The position numbers and the translations under genes are program-made. A stretch of 64,000 nt of DNA, taken from the NCBI GenBank assembly GCA_018812825.1, contig JAHJCJ010000069.1, forward strand, positions 3,825-67,824. Direction: 5' to 3'. The notes beneath the pieces were generated by a model. It worked only from the letters and a program-made list of their open reading frames with translations, was not told the origin of the DNA and searched no databases. The DNA comes from Candidatus Omnitrophota bacterium (GTDB lineage Bacteria; Omnitrophota; Gorgyraeia; Gygaellales; Profunditerraquicolaceae). Shown here piece after piece: positions 28,242-38,131 of this stretch (the stretch's first letter is position 1; each line of letters starts with the position of its first letter).

Positions 28242-29222
28242 TTATAATTTAAGTAAACTCCTTACTTCGGAGATAGTTTTTTTGGCAAAGCTTGATGCCT
28301 TTAACCTGCCTGCAGACAGAATATCCTGGATATGTTTTTTATCTTTCAGCAATACCCGCCTTTTTTCCTGGATAGGAGCCAATAAACCAATTATTTTATC
28401 TGCAAATTCCTTTTTACAAACGGTGCAACCGATTAATGATTTAACGCAACGATGCTCTGCCTCTTGCTTCAGCTCCGGGAAAAATATAGCATAATAACTA
28501 AAGACATTGCATTTATGCGGATGGCCCGGATCGCTTAAACGTATACGCTGCGCATCAGTAATCATATTTTGTACTTTTTTGCGGATTATTTCTGGTTCTT
28601 CGGATAACCCAATATAATTATCATAGCTTTTGCTCATCTTGCGGCCATCTAATCCCAAAAGACGGGTAGTTTCGGTAAGCAAGGCCTTTGGTTCGGGGAA
28701 ACAATCTGTCTTATAAAGATGGTTGAATTTACGCACGATCTGACGGGTTAATTCCAAATGCGGCAACTGGTCCTCTCCTACTGGCACAGCATCAGCCTTA
28801 TAAAGCAAGATATCCGCAGCCTGTAAAACCGGATAACCCAAAAAAGCATAGGTGCTTAAATCCCGGTTAGTTAACTCACGTAACTGTTCTTTATAGGTAG
28901 GACAACGTTCCAGCAACCCAAGCGGAGTAACCAAGGAAAGGATAAAATAAAGCTCGAGGTGTTCCGGTACCTGCGACTGGACAAAAATTGTGGATTTCCC
29001 GGGATCTATGCCGCAAGAAAGCCAATCAATAATATTATCCAACATGTTTGCCTTAAGGTTTCCCGAATTTTCATACTCTGACATAAGCGCATGCCAATCC
29101 GCGACCATAAAGAAACAATCATATTCATTTTGAAGCTTTGTCCAGTTGGCTAATGCGCCAACCAGATGGCCTAGGTGTAACTTGCCCGTAGGCCGCATCC
29201 CGCTTAATATTATTTTTTTCAT
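28242..29222 (-). CDS. trpS: Tryptophan--tRNA ligase
   Basis: SGMRPTG.LHLGH, YPVLQAADIL, VPVGEDQ, KMSKS. Confidence 0.97.
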   Translation of the reverse strand: MKKIILSGMRPTGKLHLGHLVGALANWTKLQNEYDCFFMVADWHALMSEYENSGNLKANMLDNIIDWLSCGIDPGKSTIFVQSQVPEHLELYFILSLVTPLGLLERCPTYKEQLRELTNRDLSTYAFLGYPVLQAADILLYKADAVPVGEDQLPHLELTRQIVRKFNHLYKTDCFPEPKALLTETTRLLGLDGRKMSKSYDNYIGLSEEPEIIRKKVQNMITDAQRIRLSDPGHPHKCNVFSYYAIFFPELKQEAEHRCVKSLIGCTVCKKEFADKIIGLLAPIQEKRRVLLKDKKHIQDILSAGRLKASSFAKKTISEVRSLLKL

Positions 29223-31372
29223 AGCTTCCTAGCAATCTTTTCTATTTCATAAGCCTCGATAATATCCCCCTCCATCAACTGATCAAACCCGCTGATAGCA
29301 ATACCGCACTCAACCCCTTCGGAGACATCACGCACATCATCTTTGAAACGCTTTAGGCTTGAAAGTTTTCCTTCAAAAGCAATCTGACCATTACGCACCA
29401 GCGTAACCATGCTATTGCGAATAAGCTTACCTTTAGTTACTATACAGCCGGCGATCAATCCGGAACGGGAAAGCTTAAACATTTTCTTAACCTCAGCCTC
29501 ACCTAAAAACACTCTCTTGAGCTTAGGGTCAAGCATGCCTTCAACTGCGGCTTTTATATCATTAGCCAGCTCATAAATTATATTATATATTTTTACTTCA
29601 ATACCTTCTTTAGAAATCAGCTCTTTGGCCAATTCATCAGCGCTGACATTAAAACCTACAATCAAGGCATCAGAAGCTACTGCTAAAATTACATCTGAAT
29701 TGTTAATATTACCTACTCCTATATGAATCACATCAATTTTTATCTCAGAGACATTTAATTTCTCCAGAGTGTCTTTAATTGCCTCCAGCGACCCTTGAAC
29801 ATCAGCCTTAATAATCAATTTTAACTCTTTTATTTTTCCTTCGGCAATTTGAGCATGCAGATCTTCCAGGCTTACCCTTTTTACGCTCTTTATCTGTTGC
29901 TGCCTTTCTTTTTCCACGCGCGCCTGGACTAAATCTTTTGCCTGCTTTTCATCTTCAATCACAAAGAATTGTTCGCCCACCTGCGGGATTCCGCTTATCC
30001 CCAGTATCTCTACGGGAGAAGCAGGGCCAACAGCAGTCACTGAGTGGGCCCGGTCATTAAGCATCGCCCGGATCTTTCCGTACAAGTTACCCACAATTAT
30101 ATTTTGGTTGAGATGCAACGTGCCGTTTTGCACAAGAAGCGTAGCCACCGGGCCCCTGCCTTTAGCCATCCTTGCCTCTACAACCACTCCGTTTGCAAGG
30201 CGATTAGGATTTGCCTTTAATTCCATTACTTCTGCCTGCAGCAAAATCATCTCAAGTAAGCTATCTATTCCTGCACCGGTCTTAGCAGAAACCAAAACAG
30301 TAATAGTTTTTCCACCCCAGTCCTCAGCAGTTAGGCCGACTTGCGATAGCTGCTTTTTAACCATATCAATATTTGCCTGCGGTTTATCTATTTTATTTAT
30401 GGCAACAATAATGGTTACTCCGGCAGCAGCCGCATGGTCAATTGCTTCCTGGGTCTGCGGCATAATTCCATCGTCAGCGGCAACCACTAAAACCACAATA
30501 TCGGTAATCCGTGCGCCCCGGGCACGCATAGCGGTAAATGCTTCATGGCCAGGCGTATCCAAAAAGGTAATTTCACCCTCAGGAAGACTAACCCGATAAG
30601 CACCAATATGCTGAGTAATTCCTCCATGCTCTTCTTCTGTGACCTTGGTCTTACGTATGGCATCAAGAAGAGAAGTCTTACCGTGATCAACATGACCCAT
30701 AAAAGTAACTATGGGCGAACGTTTCTTAAGCGCATCGAGTTTATCTTTTTCCTTATGTTCCTGCAATGCTGTATCTTCGGCGTTAAGAGCTTTCTTAATC
30801 GCAAAGTTATACTTTAAACACAGCTTATTAACGGCCTCCTCGTTGAGAAACTGGTTAATTCCAACCATCACTCCCATGCTCATAAAATGTTTTATGAGAA
30901 CGCTTGATTTTTCCTGTAATTTTACCGCTAAATCTTTTAGCGTAATCGGAAGTTCTATTTCAATCTCTTTACTCGGAGCAACTTCAGCTTTTGCCTCAGG
31001 AATAAGAGCTGATTTTTCCTCATGGATTACTTTAGTTTTAACCTCAAGCTCATGGACAGGTTTTGTTACAGGTTTGATTACAGGTTTTATTTCAGGCATT
31101 GCTTCATGCTTTAGCGCAGGCTTAATTACCGGCTTGACTTCTTCTTTTTTACTTTTTGCCACAGCCTTAGACTTCAAGGCATGAACCTTAGAAATGGCCT
31201 TCTTCGTTTTCACCTCAACTTTACCCGGCTCGATCGGACGAGCCGGTACGCGCTCCGCGCGCTTATGCGCAGCAACCCGCTTTATCGTAGGAACCGATAC
31301 GCGCTTATGCGCGGCAACTTTAGGTTTAGCCGCTTTCTTTACAACTGTCTTTTCTTTCTTTACCTTGGGCAT
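29219..31372 (-). CDS. infB: Translation initiation factor IF-2
   Basis: GHVDHGKT, GGITQHIGA, DTPGHEAF, NKID; Lys/Ala/Pro-rich N-terminus. Confidence 0.98.
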   Translation of the reverse strand: MPKVKKEKTVVKKAAKPKVAAHKRVSVPTIKRVAAHKRAERVPARPIEPGKVEVKTKKAISKVHALKSKAVAKSKKEEVKPVIKPALKHEAMPEIKPVIKPVTKPVHELEVKTKVIHEEKSALIPEAKAEVAPSKEIEIELPITLKDLAVKLQEKSSVLIKHFMSMGVMVGINQFLNEEAVNKLCLKYNFAIKKALNAEDTALQEHKEKDKLDALKKRSPIVTFMGHVDHGKTSLLDAIRKTKVTEEEHGGITQHIGAYRVSLPEGEITFLDTPGHEAFTAMRARGARITDIVVLVVAADDGIMPQTQEAIDHAAAAGVTIIVAINKIDKPQANIDMVKKQLSQVGLTAEDWGGKTITVLVSAKTGAGIDSLLEMILLQAEVMELKANPNRLANGVVVEARMAKGRGPVATLLVQNGTLHLNQNIIVGNLYGKIRAMLNDRAHSVTAVGPASPVEILGISGIPQVGEQFFVIEDEKQAKDLVQARVEKERQQQIKSVKRVSLEDLHAQIAEGKIKELKLIIKADVQGSLEAIKDTLEKLNVSEIKIDVIHIGVGNINNSDVILAVASDALIVGFNVSADELAKELISKEGIEVKIYNIIYELANDIKAAVEGMLDPKLKRVFLGEAEVKKMFKLSRSGLIAGCIVTKGKLIRNSMVTLVRNGQIAFEGKLSSLKRFKDDVRDVSEGVECGIAISGFDQLMEGDIIEAYEIEKIARKL

Positions 31373-31382
31373 AATCTCTCTC

Positions 31383-31402
31383 CCTGACCGCCTACAGGCA
31401 GG
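31383..31402. repeat. Short imperfect REP-like palindrome
   Basis: CCTGACCGCCTACAGGCAGG between nusA and infB; single copy in the window. Confidence 0.3.
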
Positions 31403-31417
31403 CTTTTATATTAAAAA

Positions 31418-32689
31418 CTAAGCTATTTTCTTTGCCTCTACAACTATCTTTTTAGCTTTCTTCTCTCCAATACCTTTAATCTTTACCAACCCCTCTTCCT
31501 TAATCTTGATTATATCATCAATACTATTAATCCCTGCTTCTTTTAAGCTCTCAATAATTTTATCTCCTACACCAGTAAGATCTTCTAAAGAAACCCCTTC
31601 ATTCTTAGTTATTTTCTTGGCTTCTTTCTTGGCTTCTTTTTTAACTTCTTTCTTGGCTTTCTTTGCTTTGGGTTCATCCCGTTGAGCATCTTTTGACTCT
31701 ATTTGGGCAACCTTGGTTTCCTCTTTTCCTCCCAGCGCCTCGGCAGCAATCATGCTCTTGGTGCGAATATCCAGTTCCCAACCCACGAGCTTAGAAGCCA
31801 AACGCACATTCTGGCCATGTTTACCAATGCTCAAAGAAAGCTGATCATCATCCACAATAACCCCGGCCTTCATCTTCTCCCTATCCAGTTTTATCTCGGA
31901 AACCTTAGCCGGAGAAAGGGCAGCTTTGATATATTCACGCACATCATCATTAAAACGCACAATATCAATCTTCTCACCTTGTAGCTCATTGACAATATTC
32001 CTTACACGGTTTCCGCGCATACCTACACAAGCGCCTACTGAATCGACTTTATCATTCTTTGAGCAAACCGAAATTTTGGTGCGCTCGCCTGCCTGGCGGG
32101 ATATAGCCTTTATCTCAACGATCCCCTCGTAAATCTCAGGTACCTCTAATTCAAATAACTCCTTAACTAGGTTAGGATGCGCACGCGACAAAATAATCTG
32201 CGGCCCCTTAACATCCTTTTTTACCTCAACAACATAAGCGCGGATACGTTGCCCCTGTTTAAACTCTTCTTTAGGAGATTGCTCGCGTTTAAGCAAAATA
32301 CCCTCGGTTTTACCCAACAGGTCAACAATTACATTGCCTTTTTCAAAACGGTAAACCGTACCACTAACAATCTCCCCTACACGGCTCTGAAACTCACCAA
32401 AAACTACATCTTTCTCCGCTTCGCGCATCTTCTGGATAATTACCTGGCGCGCAGTAGATGCGGCAATACGCCCAAAATCAATATTAGTTACCTTTTCGTT
32501 ATTGCGAAAAGCACAAATCTCCCCCGTAGAACGATCAATCTTAACTTTAAATTCCTCATCCGGTTTTAGATCAATCACTCTTTTGGCAGCGCTAAGCATA
32601 GCACTTTCTACTGCTTCAAGCATAACCTCTTTCTTGATCCCTTTTTCACGTTCAATCTGCTCAATAATTGCTAAAAGTTCATGACTCAT
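31418..32689 (-). CDS. nusA: Transcription termination/antitermination factor NusA
   Basis: FGRIAA..A.QVI.QK, LSRAHP, GACVG.RG.RV, IGK.GQNVRLA; C-terminal HhH. ATG 32689 with GGAG upstream. Confidence 0.97.
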   Translation of the reverse strand: MSHELLAIIEQIEREKGIKKEVMLEAVESAMLSAAKRVIDLKPDEEFKVKIDRSTGEICAFRNNEKVTNIDFGRIAASTARQVIIQKMREAEKDVVFGEFQSRVGEIVSGTVYRFEKGNVIVDLLGKTEGILLKREQSPKEEFKQGQRIRAYVVEVKKDVKGPQIILSRAHPNLVKELFELEVPEIYEGIVEIKAISRQAGERTKISVCSKNDKVDSVGACVGMRGNRVRNIVNELQGEKIDIVRFNDDVREYIKAALSPAKVSEIKLDREKMKAGVIVDDDQLSLSIGKHGQNVRLASKLVGWELDIRTKSMIAAEALGGKEETKVAQIESKDAQRDEPKAKKAKKEVKKEAKKEAKKITKNEGVSLEDLTGVGDKIIESLKEAGINSIDDIIKIKEEGLVKIKGIGEKKAKKIVVEAKKIA

Positions 32690-32750
32690 TTTTAACTCTC
32701 CAGTTTTATTTATGGTATAAACACCATGCCACTGCAAAAAACATAGTTAG

Positions 32751-33230
32751 TTATTGCCAAAGACGCTCTTCTTGAATTACCAGCTTTGCCTTGTTTATTT
32801 TAATTAAGGGAATCTCCAAAACCTCCCCTGCATGATCGATAAATACGGCTGCTTCATTAACCCTGCTGATTGCCCCTTTACACTCACATTTCCCGTTTAC
32901 TAAACCAATGAGAAAAAATACCGCCTGTTTATTCAAACAACGCATAAAATCTTCCCTTGTCTTTAACGGCCTGTCAAGGCCGGGGGAAGAAATCTCTAAA
33001 CTATACTGGTCGGAAAATATATTCTTTTCATCCAACACTTGACGCACCAAACGGTTTAGTAAACCGCATTCTTCTAAGCTAATCCCTCCCTGCGACTTAT
33101 CCACAAGCAGGCTCAATAATAATCCGGAACCATCATGCCTAAAAATAATATCCACCAAGACAAAACCTTGCGCAGCAAACAAATCCCTAACTAATAAACT
33201 TATTTCTTGCTTTAGAACTTCTCGATTCAT
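32751..33230 (-). CDS. rimP: Ribosome maturation factor
   Basis: GGISLEEC, YSLEISSPGLDRPL; upstream of nusA. Confidence 0.93.
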   Translation of the reverse strand: MNREVLKQEISLLVRDLFAAQGFVLVDIIFRHDGSGLLLSLLVDKSQGGISLEECGLLNRLVRQVLDEKNIFSDQYSLEISSPGLDRPLKTREDFMRCLNKQAVFFLIGLVNGKCECKGAISRVNEAAVFIDHAGEVLEIPLIKINKAKLVIQEERLWQ

Positions 33231-33261
33231 AGATATCTACACAAACCTATCTATCGAACAT

Positions 33262-34521
33262 CTACCCTTCAAGTTGATTATTAGTATAACCCGTTCTCGC
33301 CTTAATCTTATTATAACAACGCAAAGAAAATCCAGTGGCCTTTAATTCAGTAGGCCCATTATCACCCTGGCCAACAATAAAAATATCATCAAGCCCGTAA
33401 TCCTCGCCTTTTCTAACCTCGCTGACCTGCATCAGGCGACGCGAGCCATCAGATAATCTGACCATATGAATAACCAGGTCCACTGCGGATATAAACTGCC
33501 TCCTGACTACATCGCTTGAGACATTCGGATTACCTAAAAGCGCCAACATCTCAAGGCGGTCCATGGCATCATAAGTTGAATTAGCATGCAATGTAGTCAT
33601 AGAGCCGTCATGGCCGGTATTCATCGCCTGGACCATATCCCAGACCTCCTCAGCGCGTACCTCTCCTATAATAATTCGATCAGGCCGCATATGCAGGGCA
33701 TTTCTTAATAAAGTGCGCATAGAAATCTCACCCTTACCTTCAATATTTGGAATTCGTGTTTCAAGCGGCACAAAATGCTTATGGTTAAAATTAAGCTCCC
33801 GAGTATCTTCAATGGTAACGATTCTTTCTTTATCTGAAATATACCTGGCCAAGGCATTAAGCATGGTAGTCTTACCAGAGCCTGCCCCTCCGCAGATTAA
33901 AATATTTAGTCTGGCAGCAACACAGGCCTTCAAGAAATCTGCCACCATAAGGTTAAGCGTCTTTAAGCGCACTTGATCATCCAGGGTTAATAACTGATAA
34001 GACATCTTCCTAATAGTAAGCAATGAGCCAATAGAAGAAATAGGGCTTTTAACAATATTTATCCTTGAACCGTCTTTTAAACACGCATCCACGCACGGCT
34101 CTAAGCTGTTAACCCTTCTGCCGGAATAATCCAAAATACGTTCAATAAAATAGGCAAGCTGTGCTTCATCAGTAAAGACAATTTCAGTCAATTCTATTTT
34201 TCCGTTACGCTCTACATAAATCTGCTTGGGGCCGTTAATCATAATCTCCGAAATACTCGGATCCCTGAGCAGCATACCAATTGGCCCAAGTTCAATAAAA
34301 TGGGCAACTACCTCGTTTAAGAGCTCCTCTTCCTGGACGTGAGATAATTGAATTTTGTTATTACTGGCTATTTCTTTAATAACACAGGCGACAGAGGCCA
34401 CAAAAGCCTGGTCTTTTGCTATTAAGAAATCAAATTTTTTCCCGCTCTGATTATCAGTTAATTTTTCCAGCACCTGTTCAAACAAATCGTTTTGCTTTCT
34501 TACGCCTGCGGTTTTTTCCAT
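33262..34521 (-). CDS. cpaF: CpaF/TadA family pilus assembly ATPase (copy 1)
   Basis: EIMING, DGSRIN, GGAGSGKTT, IEDTREL, MRPDRIIIGEVR, MNTGHDGSMTTLHANS. Confidence 0.93.
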   Translation of the reverse strand: MEKTAGVRKQNDLFEQVLEKLTDNQSGKKFDFLIAKDQAFVASVACVIKEIASNNKIQLSHVQEEELLNEVVAHFIELGPIGMLLRDPSISEIMINGPKQIYVERNGKIELTEIVFTDEAQLAYFIERILDYSGRRVNSLEPCVDACLKDGSRINIVKSPISSIGSLLTIRKMSYQLLTLDDQVRLKTLNLMVADFLKACVAARLNILICGGAGSGKTTMLNALARYISDKERIVTIEDTRELNFNHKHFVPLETRIPNIEGKGEISMRTLLRNALHMRPDRIIIGEVRAEEVWDMVQAMNTGHDGSMTTLHANSTYDAMDRLEMLALLGNPNVSSDVVRRQFISAVDLVIHMVRLSDGSRRLMQVSEVRKGEDYGLDDIFIVGQGDNGPTELKATGFSLRCYNKIKARTGYTNNQLEG

Positions 34522-34536
34522 TAACAATTCTTCCTT

Positions 34537-35796
34537 TCAATTAATATTAGCTAAACGTTTTATCTCTGCCAGAACCTGGTCCTTAGGACAGATTATTTTT
34601 TCTTTACTACTACTGCTTCGCAGTTTTATTTCAACAGTATTATCCTTAAGGTAAGAACGACCTATAATCACCTGCACAGGGATCCCTAAAAGGTCGGCGT
34701 CTTTGAATTTAATTCCCGCTCTTTCGTCGCGGTCATCCAAAAGTACTTCTTTGCCCGCATCAATAATCTGACGATAAATATCCTTGGCTAAATTTATAAT
34801 AGAGGCGTCCGCCACATCTAAAGGAAGAATAATCACGCTAAAAGGCGCTACCTCAAGCGGCCAGATAATCCCTCCGCTATCGTTATTCTGCTCAATAATT
34901 GCCGAAACTAGGCGCGAGACACCAATACCATAACAACCCATGATTATCGGTTTAAGCTGCCCCTTAGCGTCAGAGAAATTAGCCTGGATTGCCTGGCTAT
35001 ATTTTGTTCCTAACTTAAAAATGTGGCCGACCTCAATACAATTGAGTTTCTCCATTTTGGTTTTACATTTCGGACAATCCTGGCTATCTACCTCATTAAA
35101 AGTTCTGGCCCCTGCGCACTTTGGACATGATAAAACTACATCTTCCCCGTCCTGGCTGGGAACCATGAATTCATGTGAGACCTTGCCTCCCATAACTCCC
35201 GAATCCGCCTCAGTAATCATAATTTTTAGACCCAATCGTAAAAATATATTTTTATAGGCGCTAAACATCGCCTCATAATTCTTATTTAAACCTGCCTCAT
35301 CCTGGTCAAAGCTATAAGCATCTTTCATAATAAACTCACAGGCGCGGATCAAACCGAAACGCGGACGGATCTCATCGCGGAATTTAGTCTGGATCTGGTA
35401 TAAAACCAAAGGAAGCTGCCTATAACTGGAGACATGGCTTCTTACCAGATCCGTAATCGCCTCTTCATGGGTCGGGCCCAAACAGATACTCCTGCCCCGG
35501 CGGTCCTTAAAACTAAACATCACCTGGCCTAAATCTTTATCCCGATTGGTTTTCTGCCAAAGCTCCAAAGGCTGTAAAGCTGGAAGTAATAATTCATTTG
35601 CGCCGCAAGCATGCATCTCCTGACGAATAATCTCCTGAATATTCCCCAGGACCTTTAACCCTAAAGGAAGGTAAGAATACACGCCAGACATAAGCATGCG
35701 TACCAATCCGGCGCGCAACAGTAACTTATGGCTAGTTGATTCTGCCTCCTGCGGGTCTTCTTTTAATGTCGGGATAAAACTTCCACTCCAAAACAT
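34537..35796 (-). CDS. proS: Proline--tRNA ligase (short form)
   Basis: LGPTHEE, KFRDEIRPRFG, MKDAYSF, EVGHIFKLG, MGCYGIGVSR; 419 aa. Confidence 0.96.
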   Translation of the reverse strand: MFWSGSFIPTLKEDPQEAESTSHKLLLRAGLVRMLMSGVYSYLPLGLKVLGNIQEIIRQEMHACGANELLLPALQPLELWQKTNRDKDLGQVMFSFKDRRGRSICLGPTHEEAITDLVRSHVSSYRQLPLVLYQIQTKFRDEIRPRFGLIRACEFIMKDAYSFDQDEAGLNKNYEAMFSAYKNIFLRLGLKIMITEADSGVMGGKVSHEFMVPSQDGEDVVLSCPKCAGARTFNEVDSQDCPKCKTKMEKLNCIEVGHIFKLGTKYSQAIQANFSDAKGQLKPIIMGCYGIGVSRLVSAIIEQNNDSGGIIWPLEVAPFSVIILPLDVADASIINLAKDIYRQIIDAGKEVLLDDRDERAGIKFKDADLLGIPVQVIIGRSYLKDNTVEIKLRSSSSKEKIICPKDQVLAEIKRLANIN

Positions 35797-35797
35797 A

Positions 35798-37060
35798 TTA
35801 ATCCTTATTAAAAGTTTCTTTTGATAAAACTACCCCTCTTTTAGCTAAAAGTGAATAGAATACCGGCTGAACTCCCGTAGCCCTAAAACGGCCGCTCACC
35901 TTGCCATGCTCAACAACATCATTTATCTCATAAAAGAAAATATCTTCAAGATTTACCCATCCATTCTTGAGCCCATTTATCTGGGTAACCCGGGTTATCT
36001 TACGTGAACCATCGACAAGTTGGTCCTGTTGAATAATTAAATTTAAAGATGCGGCAATCTGGCGGTGAATCGCTTCTAAGGATATAGGAATACCCGACAT
36101 CAAGATCATTGTCTCTATGCGGTGCAGGACCTCTTGAGGAGAGTTTGCGTGGATTACCGAAAGGGCTCCGTTATGTCCGGAGCACATCGCTTGAAGCATA
36201 TCCAGGGCCTCGGCGCTTCTGATCTCTCCCAAAATAATCCTCTGAGGCCGCATACGCAAAGAGTTCCTAAAAAGATCCCTAATACCGATCTCGCCTTTTC
36301 CTTCAATATTAGGCGGTTTAGTCTCAAGCCTGACTACATGATCCTGCGCCAGATGCAGCTCAGCCGTATCCTCAATAACAATGGTACGCTCATCATTATC
36401 AATGTAGCTGGAAAGCACGCCCACGGTAGTGGTCTTACCGCTTCCTGTTGCGCCGGCAAACATCATATTCACTTTACTTTTAATGCAAGCAACTAGAAAA
36501 TCCGCCATTCTTTTATCTAATGTATCCAGGTTGATAAGATCCTCTACCCTTTGGATTACCTTAAGAAACTTACGGATAGTTATTGTCGGGCCATCCAGAG
36601 CTAATGGCGGAATAATGATATTTACTCGCGAACCATCCGGCAAACAAATATCCGTATAGGGCTGGGTCTCATCTACGCGCCTTCTGGTAGGCGCCAAGAT
36701 CTTTTGGATAACATACATAAGCTGCTGATCGCTGTCAAATTTGATATCAGTCATCAGTTTTTTTCCACATTTCTCTACATATACATTATGCGTGCCATTG
36801 ATCATAATTTCCGTAACTTCATGATCCATCATCATTTTTTCAATAGGGCCAAAACCGACAAATTCATCAACCAATTCATTAATAATCGTGTCTCTCTCCT
36901 GTTCTTTAAGCACGCTACGCGGCTGATTAAGAATTCCTTCAAGTATCTGCCTGATTGTAGCCGCTACTTCTATTTTATTTCCGGCACTTTTAGATAGAAT
37001 ACTGCTGAATCGAGTAATGAAATCTTCGCGTACCCTGCCTTTTAGCGTTTGATGAGTCAC
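35798..37060 (-). CDS. cpaF: CpaF/TadA family pilus assembly ATPase (copy 2)
   Basis: EIMING, LPDGSRVN, GATGSGKTT, IEDTAEL, MRPQRIILGEIR, SGHNG..HANS. Confidence 0.93.
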   Translation of the reverse strand: MTHQTLKGRVREDFITRFSSILSKSAGNKIEVAATIRQILEGILNQPRSVLKEQERDTIINELVDEFVGFGPIEKMMMDHEVTEIMINGTHNVYVEKCGKKLMTDIKFDSDQQLMYVIQKILAPTRRRVDETQPYTDICLPDGSRVNIIIPPLALDGPTITIRKFLKVIQRVEDLINLDTLDKRMADFLVACIKSKVNMMFAGATGSGKTTTVGVLSSYIDNDERTIVIEDTAELHLAQDHVVRLETKPPNIEGKGEIGIRDLFRNSLRMRPQRIILGEIRSAEALDMLQAMCSGHNGALSVIHANSPQEVLHRIETMILMSGIPISLEAIHRQIAASLNLIIQQDQLVDGSRKITRVTQINGLKNGWVNLEDIFFYEINDVVEHGKVSGRFRATGVQPVFYSLLAKRGVVLSKETFNKD

Positions 37061-38130
37061 GTCTTCTCCTTGGTTTTAAGTTCCTGTAATACAATCCGCA
37101 CACAATCGCCTGGAGATATTTTTCTCACTACTTTACCGTGTTTAAATAAAACACCTTCGCTTTTACCAAAAGCAACTCCAATATCCGCTTCTTTAGCCTC
37201 ACCCGGGCCGTTAACCACGCAACCCATTATAGCCAATTTCATCGGCCGAACCAATGGTCTATAGTCAGTAGCCGATAATTTATTTTCCAGGTCTTTTACT
37301 ATACTAATTAAGTTCACCTTGCAACGACCGCAAGTAGGACAGCTAATAACCTGCGGCCCGAAACCACGCAGGCCTAAAGACTCTAATATACATTTAGCTG
37401 CTCTGACCTCTTCTATCGGCTGCTCAGTCAAAGACACTCTTATTGTATCACCAATACCCTCCAGAAGTAAAGCCCCTAAAGCCACGCTAGATTTAATAAT
37501 CCCGCTGTAAACAGGGCCGGTAGCAGTCAAACCAAGGTGTAAAGGATAGCTGCAAACCTTGGAAATTTTACGATAAGCAGCAAGCGTATCCAAAACATTG
37601 TTGGCCTTAAGCGAAATCACTATATTGTTAAATTTAAGCTTTTCAATCATCTTTACATAATTCATGCAGGCAACCACTAATTTATCACCCATCGCATATT
37701 TTCTTAACCCGGCATATTTTACTGATCCGGAATTAAGTCCGATACGCAGAGGAATTCTGGCTGTTTTTAAAGCCGATACAACCGCTTCTATCTCATTTTT
37801 TTTATCAATATTGCCCGGATTTAATCTTATTTTATCCGCCCCATTTTCAATAGCGGAAATTGCCAGGCGCCAGTTAAAATGGATATCCGCTACAAGCGGC
37901 AGCTTCACTTTCGCCTTAATCCTCCTTAAGGCCGCGGCATCATTAAAGTCATTAATTGCCAGGCGCACAATTTGGCATCCCGCATCTCTTAATTGATTAA
38001 TCTGAATAACGGTATTTTCTACATCAGAAGTCCGGGTCTTAGTCATTGATTGGATCGTCACCGGGTTTGCTCCTCCTATCAAAACATCACCGATCTTTAT
38101 AACCTTACATTTTCTTCTTACGGTATCCAT
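37057..38130 (-). CDS. ispG: (E)-4-hydroxy-3-methylbut-2-enyl-diphosphate synthase
   Basis: QSMT, ADIHF, RLNPGNI, SCPTCGRC, GCVVNGPGEA. Confidence 0.97.
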   Translation of the reverse strand: MDTVRRKCKVIKIGDVLIGGANPVTIQSMTKTRTSDVENTVIQINQLRDAGCQIVRLAINDFNDAAALRRIKAKVKLPLVADIHFNWRLAISAIENGADKIRLNPGNIDKKNEIEAVVSALKTARIPLRIGLNSGSVKYAGLRKYAMGDKLVVACMNYVKMIEKLKFNNIVISLKANNVLDTLAAYRKISKVCSYPLHLGLTATGPVYSGIIKSSVALGALLLEGIGDTIRVSLTEQPIEEVRAAKCILESLGLRGFGPQVISCPTCGRCKVNLISIVKDLENKLSATDYRPLVRPMKLAIMGCVVNGPGEAKEADIGVAFGKSEGVLFKHGKVVRKISPGDCVRIVLQELKTKEKT

Positions 38131-38131
38131 A

